A stretch of DNA of 64,000 nt from Octopus vulgaris. Its lineage: Eukaryota. The stretch is from the NCBI GenBank assembly GCA_951406725.2, contig OX597819.1:8680001-8744000 (forward strand). The letters are read 5' to 3'. Positions 25,630-39,237 of this stretch are shown in pieces. The position numbers were made by a program, and so were the translations under genes. The stretch's first letter is position 1; each line of letters starts with the position of its first letter. The notes under the pieces are model-generated. The model was not told where the DNA came from. It saw only the letters and a list, made by a program, of their open reading frames with translations, and ran no database searches.

Positions 25630-27130
25630 ATAAATTAGGACGTATATGCAGTTGATATCTGCTTTTGAATGAGTTGATCTGTTGGTGTTGAGTAGTGATC
25701 ATCCATCTATATGCTAGCATTTCTAGTGGACTTTATTATTCAAAATGGGAATCAATTGAAAACCCTATTCACTTTTATTATGTCCAGTGAATAGTATTCT
25801 TTATAACAAAAAATTAATCTCACTCATCTACGAGTATAGTACTCTTTTGTTAAGGAAGTTATTTGTATATTATTGCTAGTTGTTTGTTTATAGTCATTAA
25901 AATATATTTGAAGACACTGTCCCCTAAATCCCGTATGTCCCAGTTCTCATCTGAATCTTTTATTTTTTCCTCTTTGTAGGTTATGTACAGTTTTTTAGTC
26001 CGAAATGTTAAGGGTCTCTGTGAGTAGAAATTCAAAATCCATATACTTTTAAGCCTATCATATGAAACAGAAGATGAATTTTGTGATTTGTCTTTAATTT
26101 AAATTTTAAAACCTGCTGGGCTAGCAGCGACGAGAACCGATTTTTGAAAATGCTTAACTTTTATTTGAATATCTGATCCTGATGTTTTTCCCATTATACA
26201 GCATTGTAAAGGTGGGCGTAATTGTTTTTCTTTTTTCTTTTTAGATTGAAAGAAGTGCATCAATTTCTTCTGGCCATACATAATCAGGTACTTTCCGATG
26301 TGGAGGCACAGTGGTTAGGGCAGCGGACTCGCGGTCATAGGATCGCGGTTTCGATTCCCAGACCGGGCGTTGTGAGTGTTTATTGAGCGAAAACACCTAA
26401 AGCTCCACGAGGCTCCGGCAGAGGATGGTGGTGATCCCTGCTGTACTCTTTCACCACAACTTTCTCTCACTCTTACTTCCTGTTTTTGTTGTACCTGTAT
26501 TTCAAAGGGGCCGGCCTTGTCACTCTCTGTGTCACGCTGAATATCCCCGAGAACTACGTTAAGGGTACACGTGTCTGTGGAGTGCTCAGCCACTTACACG
26601 TTAATTTCACGAGCAGGCTGTTCTGTTGATTCGGATCAACCGGAACCCTCATCGTCGTAACCGACGGAGTGCTTCCACAGGTACTTTCCGATAATCTATC
26701 GATCCACTCGATATGTGATATTTTCCCTCTCTTGGTATTTCCAGTATCACGTTGTTTTTGAGATCATTATTAGCTGGTCCTCGCACACATATTAGTCACT
26801 CTTACTGCCTTTCTTTTCATCTCAGACAATTTTATGACTGTCTTTGAGTATAAATATTCACCTAGTGGTGATTGAGGTAAGACATCTGCCCGTACGCGGT
26901 GCACAGATTGTTGGCCTATAATTCTCTGGTTCAGAATTGTCTGCATTCTCTGAATGGATTGTTACTTTCATAAACCCATTAATGATTTGTATTGGAGATG
27001 TATGATATGATTTAGCTCACTTTCTGAACGTCTGTGCGAAGTATTAATTCTTTAACCTAGAAATTTGGATGTTTATATAATTAAATGACTGTTCTCGTTT
27101 TTGCATGAGTTTCAGTTTTCTTTCAGTGAT
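25630..27130 (-). pseudogene. Highly decayed LINE RT relic (R4/Dong-like), interrupted by a SINE
   Basis: Remnants PENYRPTIC, LTSITT, CEDQLI, WID.Y.KV and a GI..GD-like segment in broken frames. Confidence 0.5.
26300..26677 (+). mobile_element. SINE family B with 15-bp TSD
   Basis: TSD caggtactttccgat at 26285-26299 and 26678-26692. Confidence 0.92.
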
Positions 27131-27335
27131 GTCCTATGACTTTAATTCACATCAGGGGAGGAGTGCACACATGTGTGCGCAAAGACATGGTTACATACAA
27201 AAACATTATTCCTGTGTATATTTCAAGTAGCGAATAAGGACTGTATGCATATATTTACGCATGTATATTATGTAAATGGTATCAAATGTATATTTACGAA
27301 ACGATATATACATCCACACACATATATGTGTGTTC

Positions 27336-27558
27336 AGCTGGCAGAATCGTTAGTACGCCAGGCGAAATGCGTAGCCGTATTTCGCCTGCCGTTACGTTCT
27401 GAGTTCAAATTCCGCCGAGGTCGACTTTGCCTTTCATCCTTTCGGGGTCGATAAATTAAGTACCAGTTACGCACTGGGGTCGATGTAATCGACTTAATAC
27501 CTATGTCTGTCCTTGTTCGTTCCCCCTATGTTTAGCCCCTTGTAGGTATTAAAGAAAC
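27336..27558 (+). mobile_element. SINE family C
   Basis: Matches the family C pattern, B-box gagttcaaattc. Confidence 0.85.
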
Positions 27559-28009
27559 AGATACATACATGCACACACACATAATACACATATATACATA
27601 CGACTCCTGTCCACTCTCCCACCAGTCAGATTAAATTTGAACTGTCTGGATGAAAACTAAACATGTTCACTCAACCGTGTCGTCCTTCTCTTTAGACACA
27701 AAATATACTGTCACGTGACGCCAATGCACGGACGTAGCGAGAAACGTACAAATATATACATGTATGGTGGCCCAAAAGTAGGTTTACAGTTATTCAACTA
27801 TCTCTTTCGCATTCATATATTAACAATTTAGATCTTAATTATAAAAAAAATGTGAAACCATTATTCTATGCTAATTTAATTAATTGCAAGATAGAAATAT
27901 AAATGTAATAAAATGTTGTAGGGCGCAGTTGAGCGAGAGACCAACAAAACTCATCGATCGACCAGAAGTGTTGCTGAAGTCCCTCTGTGTAGAAGTCCCT
28001 GTGTAGAGG

Positions 28010-28320
28010 TTTTATACAACAGCCTCGGGCCGACCGAAGCCTTGTCTGTGAATTTGGTAGACGGTAACGTCGTATACGTATGAATGTATGTATATATATA
28101 AGTATATGTTTGTGTGCGCGCGCTGCGTGTATAAGTGTGTGTGTGCGCGAGTGTGTTTGTGTCCGTACTTGTAACCCATCACCGCTTGACAACCGGTGTC
28201 GGTGTGTTTATATCCTTCTAACCTATTAGTATTATTCTATTGAATAACAACCAGGCTAATGAAAATAATTAAGTACTGGGATCGATTCATTCGACTAAGA
28301 AATTTTTCAAGGCGCTTTAT
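28010..28320 (+). mobile_element. Diverged SINE family A copy
   Basis: cctcgggccgacc.aagccttgt..gtgaatttggtagacgg and cttgacaaccggtg..ggtgtgttta. Confidence 0.6.
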
Positions 28321-28380
28321 ATACAATATGTATGTATGTATATGGAGGGCGGGCTGGATTTATATATATATATATATATA

Positions 28381-28397
28381 TAACCCACCATTTATTG

Positions 28398-28443
<46 letters not shown>

Positions 28444-28457
28444 CCCACCATTTATTG

Positions 28458-28495
<38 letters not shown>

Positions 28496-28509
28496 CCCAC
28501 CATTTATTG

Positions 28510-28547
<38 letters not shown>

Positions 28548-28562
28548 CCCACCATTTATTGA

Positions 28563-28590
<28 letters not shown>
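28381..28590. repeat. Minisatellite: 21-bp unit x4 separated by variable (TA)n
   Basis: taacccaccatttattgattt at about 28381, 28441, 28492 and 28544. Confidence 0.9.
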
Positions 28591-28594
<4 letters not shown>

Positions 28595-28619
28595 GATATA
28601 TATATGTTTGTGTATGTGT

Positions 28620-28667
<48 letters not shown>

Positions 28668-29051
28668 TCCTTGTGCGCACGTGCACGTCTATGTATTTGT
28701 ATGTATTTAAACAATGATAGGAATATTCATTTTGATCATCAGAAAGGTTGACGGTTACTTATATCTATCGTCGTATGGCCGACTGTTTGAAACTTAAGTA
28801 TACATCGAAACTTATAAGTAACTGTCAAACATTTTTATGATACAGAAACGTGATATAAAATATGTATAATTTACTTCTAGTTTCACTTTCAGTTTGACTT
28901 TTTAATCAGATATTTCAATCAGAAATAACGCATATCTTAAACACCTATTTGTTAGTATATCCAGAAACATATACACCCATACGTATATAGTCACAATCTC
29001 TCTAACACTCTCTTTCTCTCTCTCTTCTTTATCTATCTGTATCCCCTTCAG

Positions 29052-29125
<74 letters not shown>

Positions 29126-29280
29126 AAATGAATCTATTTCGAACTGTATATTGATATATATCCCAATTTGAATATATATTCATTTGTCAGTCGTATGTAC
29201 ACATAGACATGCATACATACTTATATACATACACGCCGCGCACACACATGCACATATATATATATATATATATATATACG

Positions 29281-29311
<31 letters not shown>

Positions 29312-29312
29312 G

Positions 29313-29354
<42 letters not shown>

Positions 29355-29601
29355 AGTATGTATGTCTCTTTATGAATATAAAACAAAATGTCACCGATGT
29401 AGCGATGTATATCAAATCAAAGCGTCCATCAACAGAGAAGGCAACAATATATACATACATACACATATATACATATATATGCATATACATACCTATACCT
29501 ATCTATATATATCTACATGTATCTACATGTATCTACATATATCTATATATATATATATATATACACACATATATATATATATGTATGTATATGTATATAT
29601 A

Positions 29602-29671
<70 letters not shown>

Positions 29672-30075
29672 TATAGACACACACACGCACACACAATAAA
29701 TCATACTGAATATTTTGATATTCATTCGAAATATTTCGATATTATTTTGATTCATTGGAAACCGGATGAGAAAAATACGCTTTCATTTACTTGAGAAAGT
29801 TCAAAGGAGATATTTCTTTGATTTTCTTTTAAGGTCTCTTAGCGTATGTCTGTATATCTTTATAATTATCTGTGTGTCAACATGGCGCCCTGTGAAATAC
29901 CGTTGAAACCTTAATAGTCTTAATATTCTTTGTTACTGTTTGTTAGCTTTAACAAATTAATGTTGAATCTTTAATCTAAAACTGTATGCTGAAAACTCAG
30001 ATGTACGAGTGTCTCGCCTTGAGTTTTCTCACACGTAGACAAGCATAAATGCGAAAACTTAAACGCATTAACCTC

Positions 30076-30125
<50 letters not shown>

Positions 30126-30284
30126 ATATATTTATATATATATAAATATATATATACTTTTATGCATATAAATATATATTTACAGACACATGTATGTGTA
30201 AGTGCTTAGATTAACTAAACTGAAATTGTACTACTTGACTTCATGGTGATACATAACACATCATTGTATACATATATATATATA

Positions 30285-30942
30285 CTAGCTTAAGGTGACC
30301 CGCTCTACGCGCGGGTAAGAGTGTGGTTGTTACTTTCTGTTGTTTCCTTTCTGTTTTTTCATCACCACATTCTCCCTCTTTGTTTCTCTCTCCTTTCTCT
30401 CTCAGTTTCCCACTCTCTTACTCTTCCTTTCTCTCGGACTCTCCCCCGCCTTCTCTTACTCTCTATCTATCTCCCATTTATAAACAACAAAAGATCTTGA
30501 GTAAGTTGAGAAAGAAAATACTTTGAAAGATCAATCATAATTATCAGGCAGTGACAACGGGAAGGTCTGCTTCAAGGCAGACAGCAAAAAAAACTAATAT
30601 TTAGAAGGGACAGACGAACTTGCGAGCTGAATAAAAATAAAAACAATATTGGAAACCAAAGTTTGAAGGGATAGAATCTGAGGATAGTAGAGTCACCATG
30701 GCTGGCATTTCTTAACGACGGACAGCAACGTAGTGGCAGTTTAACGGCTGGCGTAAAATTTTGAATTTGATGTAAAGGAAAATTCCTAAACACCCGCTCC
30801 TGTAAATTTTAATCCCCTTCCAGCCCCATTTAGACCCTTTTTCACATTTCATTTGAGGAAGAAAATAGTTGCCATGCAAACTCGCCAGCACTTTTAACAT
30901 AGGTGGGCATATTTTCAGCTCAACCGGCCACATAATGCACAC

Positions 30943-30945
<3 letters not shown>
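30285..30945 (-). mobile_element. Probable non-autonomous Helitron
   Basis: Left end A-CTAG followed by GC hairpin acccgc..gcgcgggt (Helitron 3' end on the minus strand). The 5' end is uncertain. Confidence 0.55.
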
Positions 30946-30993
<48 letters not shown>

Positions 30994-31795
30994 GCATTAA
31001 ATATATATATGTACATATATACGCATTATATATATATATATGTGTATGTGTATGTGTGTGCGCATTATATATACAAATGTATACAAATGTATACAAATGT
31101 ATACAAATTATATACATATATATATATATAAATAGAGATATATACATTATATATACATATTTATATATAGAACACACCACATATATAAATTAATCCAATA
31201 AATATCTGATTCATATTTGTTCTTATGATTGTGTGGTGGTGGTGGCGATAACAATTCTCTCTATGAATGCAGACAAACGTAGAGAGAGAGAGAGAGAGAG
31301 TGACAGCGCTGGCGAAGGCGGCGGGGGAAAGATTGTAGACACTGTCAAACATCGTTATAGAGAGAATGTGAAGGGAAGGTAGGAAAGAGAGAGAGAGCGA
31401 TGGAGGAAGACAGGCAGATAAGAAAATGAGAGAAGCAAGAAAAACTTATCAAAGTGTGGGGTTTTTGCCCTAGTAACCACAGCGTTTGCGATAGGGATTT
31501 CTAACCTAGCCCACTCACCTTTCTGAAAGACCTGTGGTGGGAATATCTAAACTTTTGCGGCTGTTTTTATAGATACAAACAGAAATACATTGAACGACGC
31601 GTTGGAGAAGAAAGAGAGACGGCGGATGTGTCAAACGTCGTTATATAGAGAGAAATTGAAGGGAAGGGAGAAAGAGAGAGATCGAGGAAGAAAAGGTGAT
31701 ATATGAAAGAGAGGACTGAAAAATGAAATATTTTGAAACTTAAAGATGATTTGTTTTAAGAAAAAGGTTCTCATGATTGTGTGGTGGTGGTGGTG

Positions 31796-31904
<109 letters not shown>

Positions 31905-32013
31905 TATATGTATATATATATATATTATATATTGTATATTATATTATATATATATTATATATTGTATACTATATTATATATATATATAAGAGTTACGGAA
32001 TGGAGTATGGAAA

Positions 32014-32107
32014 ATCCGGGCTACATATGTTTCATAGCGAGTGGAACCTCAGAAGTGGTAAAGTCTAAGTGAGGTGTATACAGCCGACTACTCTTCAGGC
32101 CAAGGAT
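32014..32107 (-). ncRNA. Type I hammerhead ribozyme motif with long stem II
   Basis: Minus strand: atcc-tt-GGC CTGAAGA GTAG..acctca..tgaggt..CTAT GAAA CATATG TA GCC-c-ggat. Canonical core, palindromic ACATATGT, GUA site. Confidence 0.78.
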
Positions 32108-32996
32108 ATCTTGATGAGATTAAAGGTTACATTGTTACAAGGAGGTACATGTTGACGCAAAGATTCAATTAGAATGTGTGGAAGGTATAGTACGTGAATG
32201 GTATATAAATGAGGGGAGAAATAATAGAAGAATGGAAGAAAGAAGAGAAAGAAACATAAATAAATAAATGAATAAATAAATAAAATGAAATGAAATATAG
32301 GGAAGTGAGATAAAGGAAGAAATAGAAGGGTCGGTGCTAGATAATATAGTAGTTTTAGATTAATCACAGAATTCAATAGAGTGTTTGGTAATTGAAGAGA
32401 ATAGAAATTGGAGGGGAGAGGGTTAGGAAATATTTTTGGTCGAGTTGGACAAAAGAAATTATGTATGCATAAAGCAAGGTAAGGTGGAAAGTTTAAGCAG
32501 GGCTAATGGTTTTATGGTCAAAGGGCGTAAATTGGTACAAGGAAAGAAAGTCAATGAAGTGGTGAAGGTGTATGTAGGCGTGCGTATGTATCCGGACGTT
32601 TACGGGTGGATGGATAGGATGAGAGGTAGTAGAAGTATAATGAGAGAAGAATATTTTAGGATGGCTGTATACTGCCAATCTAACATGATCGTGACAGTAG
32701 GGGGGTACACCACCGCTTTTTAGCCCTAGGGAGCATCGACGCCTCCTGATGGCTTTGACACATTTTTCCTGTGTCCTTATATATACATTTACGAAGGGGA
32801 GACAAATACCCCCAGCCGCCAAAAATAGGGAAAAGAAATTGTAATTGACGATTAAGGAATTAAAAGGGGAGAAAAAAATGTTGCATCAATATGCAGTGGT
32901 AGCGAGGGTAGATGAGTGAGAAAAAGAATATATGAGAGTTATGGAGTGACAAGATCAGGGTGGGATGTAATCATTTGGTTTTCCGAGAATAGATTT

Positions 32997-33400
32997 AGTG
33001 TTTGCAGGTAAATATTATACTGCTGCGTTCATTGAGACAGTCCGTGGATTGCAAAACAACCATGACCTCGGCGATGCAAAAATCACACTTATTATTGTAT
33101 CAGCTTGGTGACTAGGGACTATTTGGGAGTGTATGGAGTTGAGTCAAGCGTTGATTTATTGATAAGTTGAGATAACGATTTACTGTTAGATTTTGTATGG
33201 GATTTGAAGCTAGAGTAGTGATTGCTCACCCGGAGCTTTAATGGTGGTAACACATGAACCGATGTAAATCTAGTTGCAATTGTTAGTTGATACTATGTTT
33301 TTAGTGAGACAACGGTTATCTAAATGATAGGAGGTTGGGCGTCTGAAGCTGTATAGGTGTGTAGGGGCGTTCCGGATGAGCTTGTGAGCGGATTGTTATT
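32997..33400 (-). pseudogene. GIY-YIG endonuclease relic
   Basis: Broken frames: LDNRCLTKNIV, IYIGSCVTT, LKLRVSNHYSSFKS, CDFCIAE...LNERS.IIFTCKH. Confidence 0.7.
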
Positions 33401-33437
33401 TAGTGAGGAATCGGTGTTTGTTTTGTTGTTATAGTTG

Positions 33438-33587
33438 GTATTTCTTTACTGCCCACAAGAGGACAAACAAGGACAGGCAAACGGATTAAGTCGATTACAT
33501 CGACCCCAGTGCGTAACTGGTACTTATTTAATCGACCTCGAAAGGATGAAAGGCAAAGTCGACCTCGGCGGAATTTGAACTCAGAAC
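33438..33587 (-). mobile_element. SINE family C, 3' part
   Basis: Reverse-complement match. Confidence 0.8.
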
Positions 33588-33678
33588 ACATTATACATTT
33601 ACACACAGTCTCACACACACTCACACACATTCTCACAGAGATGTTTATATTTGATTGTGTGAATTCAATCATAAATTG

Positions 33679-33710
<32 letters not shown>

Positions 33711-34454
33711 TGTGTGTGTGTGTGTGTGCGTGCGTGCGCGTGGATCATTAAACTTTATATATACGCAAATAAGCATGAAATTTCAATGAACTCTTTGACT
33801 GGAATTGCGATGCCTCGCGTGGCGTCATTCGATTGAGTAGGCTGAACTTAAAATTATTACAAGCCATTTATATACATATATTGTACTAAATTGTTAATGA
33901 AGCCTCTGTCGTTTAAAGCAGCGAATCCGAAAATTCTAAAGCGTCGGGTAGATCCACAAAGTATTATTCTAGCAGGTAGAATATCTTGCGCGCGTGTCTA
34001 CCTGTGTGTGTATACATTTAGATATTTAATCCGAATAACAAGACAAAAATCCATTAACACATCTTTAATAATTAGCAAAAGAAAACCATCTGGAAAATGC
34101 ACAATGCGACTGCGCACCATTGATTGTAAGTCTGATAAAGCGCCACTCTCGTGTCTTAAACCGCAAACATTGCGTACATTTTCACTTCGAATTCTTGCGG
34201 AAACTGGCATTGCAAGCAGAGCTGGTACAGAAACAATTGTAACGAATCATTAAAAATGTTAAAGGATTTCTTTATTTGGATCATAATCTACTCTTCGCTA
34301 CACCCACGCAACGATTTTACCATCGTGAAACCAGGATTTTCTGCACTTGAAGAATTTCGGTATTAGTCTGGAATCCGCCAGTGTTGATATCCTAGAACTC
34401 GGGTTGAGTGCTTCTCTGGAAATACCTTACCTCACCAGGCTCTAAGCCATATGT

Positions 34455-34850
34455 ATATGGCTGTGTTGTAAGAAGCTTACTTCCCAACCACATAGTTCCG
34501 GGTTCAGTCCCACTCAGTGACAGTTTGGGCAAGTGTCTTCTAATATAACCTCGGGCCGACCAAAACCTTCTGAGTGGATTTGGTAGACGGAAACTAGAAG
34601 AATCCTGTCGTATATATATATATATGTGTGTGTGCGTGTGTTGTGTGTGTCTGTGTCTGTGTTTATATGTGTGCTTATCTCCCGCCATCGCTTGACAGTC
34701 GATGCTAGCGTGTGTACGTTCCCGTAACGTAGCGGTTCGGCAAAAGAGACCAGTAGCATAAGTAGTAGGCTTACAAAGAGTAGGTCCGGGGTCGATTTGT
34801 TCGATTAACACCCCTTTAAGGTGGTGCTCAAAAGACTGAAGCAAGTAAAA
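34455..34850 (+). mobile_element. Diverged SINE family A
   Basis: Head, microsatellite and tail recognisable. Confidence 0.8.
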
Positions 34851-34884
34851 TAATATAAGAATATACATGTACACACATACATGC

Positions 34885-34916
<32 letters not shown>

Positions 34917-34925
34917 GTATGTATA

Positions 34926-35135
34926 TCTCTATATATAAACGGCAAAATGTCTGTGTGTGTGTCCTTTATACAAATCCACAATTTTTCAGTTAGAAAACTC
35001 GCACTTTCTATGGTTTTTGAAAACCATCCAACGGTGGTCGTGCACATATTTATATTTCCCCAGTCTCTCCCCATAGCCATCGAAAAGTCAATATAAGTGA
35101 CTTTTTGTGAATTTTCTATCCAAAAATAGGCAATT
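34926..35135 (+). mobile_element. Helitron-like 5' fragment related to 44094-44440
   Basis: Starts A|TCtctatatataaacggcaaaat; reverse match to 44270-44440. Confidence 0.55.
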
Positions 35136-35428
35136 AAATAAACCGAGGTTTATATTTATTTAAGAAAAATAAAAAAAATAGAGATAAATCAGAAACAATA
35201 CATTTTTAAGTCTCTCAGAGAGATTTATGCAGTAGCAGCACGATAAAGTGATAGTATTTTGTCAACTTAATGTGACAGTCCCATGAAAGGGAAGAATGCT
35301 ACTGCTATTTAGCCCTAGGAAACACCGTTTCCTGTTGGACTTGAAGCATTTCCTGTTTCCTTATGTTTTCAAAGTGAAGATAAGCACCTCCACCCAGCAA
35401 AGACAGCATCCAGCCGGGTGGAGGTGCT

Positions 35429-35483
<55 letters not shown>

Positions 35484-35487
<4 letters not shown>

Positions 35488-36182
35488 TAATAAATGAGGA
35501 TAATATCGATATTTAAATATCGATATTATCAAGTGGCCAGCATGGGAAAAAAATACCGTACAAAGGTAATAATTTTTTACAATTAAAAATGAGGGTGTCT
35601 GAGAGACACCACCATGCCGAAATAGCAGTCGAAACTCTGACTATAAAAACCACGTAAAATGTTCATATCGTACCATGAGATAAGACAGAGGGACAAAATA
35701 GACAAGCAAAAGTTATTGAATAATTCAAGATCCAGGATTTCTGGTTTTGCTTTAAATAAGCTCTACCGTCATCGGTTGAATATATCAAGAGTACATAAAT
35801 ACAGATATATATATGCAGAACAAACGATATACTTACATATACGAACGTCCATTCATACATACATATGTACGTATGCACACGGCCAGTTAAATTGCCCGCC
35901 AAAACACCCCATAAGCACGATATGGTTAAAATAAACACCGCAGTGAATATAATAACGAATTATATAAATTTATAAATGAGGATAATATCGATATTTATAT
36001 ATCGATATTATCAAGTGGCCAGCATGGGAAAATACCGTACAAAGGTAATAATTTTTACAATTAAAAATGAGGGTGTCTGAGAGCTCATGGTACGATATGA
36101 ACATTTAACGTGGTTTTTATAGTCAGAGTTTCGACTGCTATTTCGGCATGGTGGTGTCTCTCAGACACCCTCATTTTTAATT
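35484..36182. mobile_element. (TA)n-embedded element with direct plus inverted terminal repeats (Penelope pLTR-like architecture)
   Basis: About 120-bp direct repeat (35484-35605 and 35965-36083) and about 100-bp inverted copy (35581-35679 and 36084-36182). Confidence 0.7.
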
Positions 36183-36183
36183 A

Positions 36184-36221
<38 letters not shown>

Positions 36222-36642
36222 ATTGTGATCACTGTGAGCGACCAGGCTATCAAATGTTGCGACACATCGCTGGTCACAATACGCTTCGCATTGTTTTTAG
36301 CCTTCAAATGATGACAATTGTCACATATTACATTTACAGATAAATTCCTCTGTTTAGATAATATCGAGGTCTCTTTCTTTCTTTTGTTATCTTACCGTTT
36401 TTATCAATATATGTATATATATATATATATGTATGTATGCATGTATGTATGTATGTATGTATGTATGTATGTATGTATGTATGTATGTATGTATGTATGT
36501 ATGTATGTATATATGTATGTATGTATGTATATATATATATATATATATAAAGTTAATCCAAACAAGAAAGCACAAAAAAAACACAACAACGCGAGGACGT
36601 GGAACAAATATAGTATTATTGGACGCTCAGGAAAGAAGGAGG

Positions 36643-36677
36643 GTTTAACGTTTCGAGAGGAGCTCTTCGTCGGAAAC
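36643..36677 (-). ncRNA. Minimal hammerhead-like motif (U4C variant)
   Basis: Minus strand: GTTT CCGACGA a GAG ctcct CTC GAAA CG TT AAAC. Lies in a roughly 200-bp stub (36549-36745) flanked by (TA)n. Confidence 0.6.
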
Positions 36678-36803
36678 ATAGAAGGAAAGATCCCGAGAAG
36701 GGAAGACAGAGGAAAAAAATCGCCAACGGTACACACGAGGTCACCATATATATATATATATATACATATGTAAATGTATATGTATATATATATATGTGTG
36801 TGT

Positions 36804-36847
<44 letters not shown>

Positions 36848-37137
36848 TATATACTCTTCATAGGTCTATGTTTCTAAATTCTTATGACATAAATAACATA
36901 CAATTCTCCCTTGTAAGGGCAAGGCCTCCAAAAAGGATCGAATTACTTGGAAAAGTTGCTTCGGTATATAGTGGCATGACGCCTGCAATCTTTTCACAAG
37001 ACGACGCGAGTCACATGAGCAGCTTTCGACATTTTCCACCCAGTAATTATTTGTAGCATTATCTAATTCAAACTCCAACATAGATATGGTTGTACAGACT
37101 TAAATACATACATATCGTATATGTATGTATGTATGTA

Positions 37138-37269
<132 letters not shown>

Positions 37270-37670
37270 CACGTATATTTATATACATTTTAATATCTAT
37301 GCATATATATATTGTGTGTGTGAGTATACACACCCGCATGCGCAAAAATTAGAAAACATATTTTGATGACATTAAAGATGTCAATGAAGTGTGATAAAAT
37401 GATTCTGAAAGCGATAACCTATTATTCTAGAACTATGAATATAAATGTTATCGATCAAAGGTATACCAAGAATTTTTTTTTTATCAATCAATCAGTCAAT
37501 CAATGAATATCTCATATATTTTAAGAGTAGTGAGTTGGCACAAACGGCATAACGTCATGCTGAAGGTTTTTACATGATTTAGACTCGTCTTTGTATAAGT
37601 CTGAGTACAAGTACTGTTGCAGTAGAATTTATCTTGCATCGAGATCTCATAAAATAAAGAGTGTATAATA

Positions 37671-37707
<37 letters not shown>

Positions 37708-37924
37708 GCTGATGCGACAATTCACTACAGTGGCCCAGCACTGTATTACTTGGGTTTCTGAGCAATAATTCAATATTCTATATAGAGAGGATATATATCA
37801 CTTCTATAACTGTGAGGCGCACTCAAATGCACAAATGCATAGCAACAAGTCTCCATACAGGACTTAAATGATAATCCTCAATGGTTAGATGTTGCACCAA
37901 TAGCTACATCTATTTAACTGGATC

Positions 37925-38235
37925 TCCTTCGGTTACGACGATGAGGGTTCCAGTTCATCCGATCAACAGAACAGCCTGCTCGTGAAATTAACAAGCACTG
38001 CATAGACATGCGCACACTTTATATGGTTCTTAGGGAAATTCAGCGTGACACAGAATGTGCCAAGGATGGCCCTTTGAAATACAGGTACTACTCTTTTTTG
38101 CCAGCTGAGTGGATTGGAGTAACGTGAAATAAAGTGTCTTGCTCAAAAGCACAATGCGCCCAGGAATCAAAATCATGACCTTACTACGGTGAGCCACTTA
38201 GTGGTTACTACCTAACCACTAAGCCCTGCACCTTC
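37925..38235 (-). mobile_element. Older SINE: CORE-like middle M2 with family B tail T1
   Basis: Minus: ttgagcaagacactttatttcacgttactccaatccactcagctgg then gtacctgtatttcaaagggcc...gaaccctcatcgtcgtaaccga. Confidence 0.75.
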
Positions 38236-38283
38236 ACAACGACATCTATAGAACTACAAAATTTTCTAAAGTAATGTTGAGAA

Positions 38284-38654
38284 GGCGCAGGAGTGGCTGT
38301 GTGGTAAGTAGCTTGCTAACCAACCATATGGTTCCGGGTTCGGTCCCACTCCGTGGCATCTTGGGCAAGTGTCTTCTGCTATAGAGTGGATTTGGTAGAC
38401 GGAAACTGAAAGAAGCCTGTCGTATATATATATATATATATGCGTGTGTTTGTGTGTCTGTGTTTGTCCCCCTAGCATTGCTTGACAACCAAAGCTGGTG
38501 TGTTTACGTCCCCGTCACTTAGCGGTTCGGCAAAAGAGACCGATAGAATAAGTACTGGGCTTACAAAGAATAAGTCCCGGGGTCGATTTGCTCGACTAAA
38601 AGGCGGTGCTCCAGCATGGCCGTAGTCAAATGACTGAAACAAGTAAAAGAGTAA
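38284..38654 (+). mobile_element. SINE family A
   Basis: Full copy with a small deletion. Confidence 0.9.
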
Positions 38655-38854
38655 AGTAACCATTTCAATTGCTGGGTACGCAAATTGTGTCAAAGTTGTA
38701 CACAAGACACCAGCCTACCACTTTCTTGTACTTTGGGACAACGACAGCAGCTTTCCTCGTACTATCTAAAAAAGATCTGTAAACTTAGTTAATTTTTTTA
38801 ATGAAATCTTCTTTACTGAGAAGAGAAGGTATTTAGACAACATATATATCCGCT

Positions 38855-39237
38855 GGAGGCGCAATGGCCCAGTGGTTAGGGCAGCGGACTCGCGGTCATA
38901 GGATCGCGGTTTCGATTGCCGTACCGGGCGTTGTGAGTGTTTATTGAGCGAAAACACCTAAAGCTCCACGAGGCTCCGGCAAGGGATGGTGGTGATCCCT
39001 GCTGTACTCTTCCACCACAACTTTCTCTCACTCTTACTTCCTGTTTCTGTTGTACCTGTATTTCAAAGGGCCGGCCTTGTCACTCTCTGTGTCACGCTGA
39101 ATATCCCCGAGAACTACGTTATAGGTACACGGGTCTGTGGAGTGCTCAGCCACTTACACGTTAATTTCACGAGCAGGCTGTTCCGTTGATTCGGATCAAC
39201 CGGAACCCTCGTCGTCGTAACCGACGGAGTGCTTCCA
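38855..39237 (+). mobile_element. SINE family B
   Basis: Near-identical to 21489-21872. Confidence 0.92.

Larger units (their letters stand above)
31989..33400 (-). mobile_element. Decayed Penelope-like element (second clade, tentatively Naiad-like) with hammerhead-bearing 3' end
   Basis: GIY-YIG relic at 32997-33400, followed by a 3' region and a hammerhead ending in (TA)n. Confidence 0.7.

Noticed and set aside
28381-28590. CRISPR-like repeat-spacer pattern
   Set aside because: Spacers are pure (TA)n, the context is eukaryotic and there are no cas genes.
32850-32995. SECIS element after the Naiad-like endonuclease
   Set aside because: No AUGA...AA...GA hairpin of suitable spacing was seen by eye.
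33891-34253. 120-aa ORF in non-repetitive sequence as a possible host exon
   Set aside because: No recognisable domain and no clear splice-site pair; it cannot be supported without RNA-seq.
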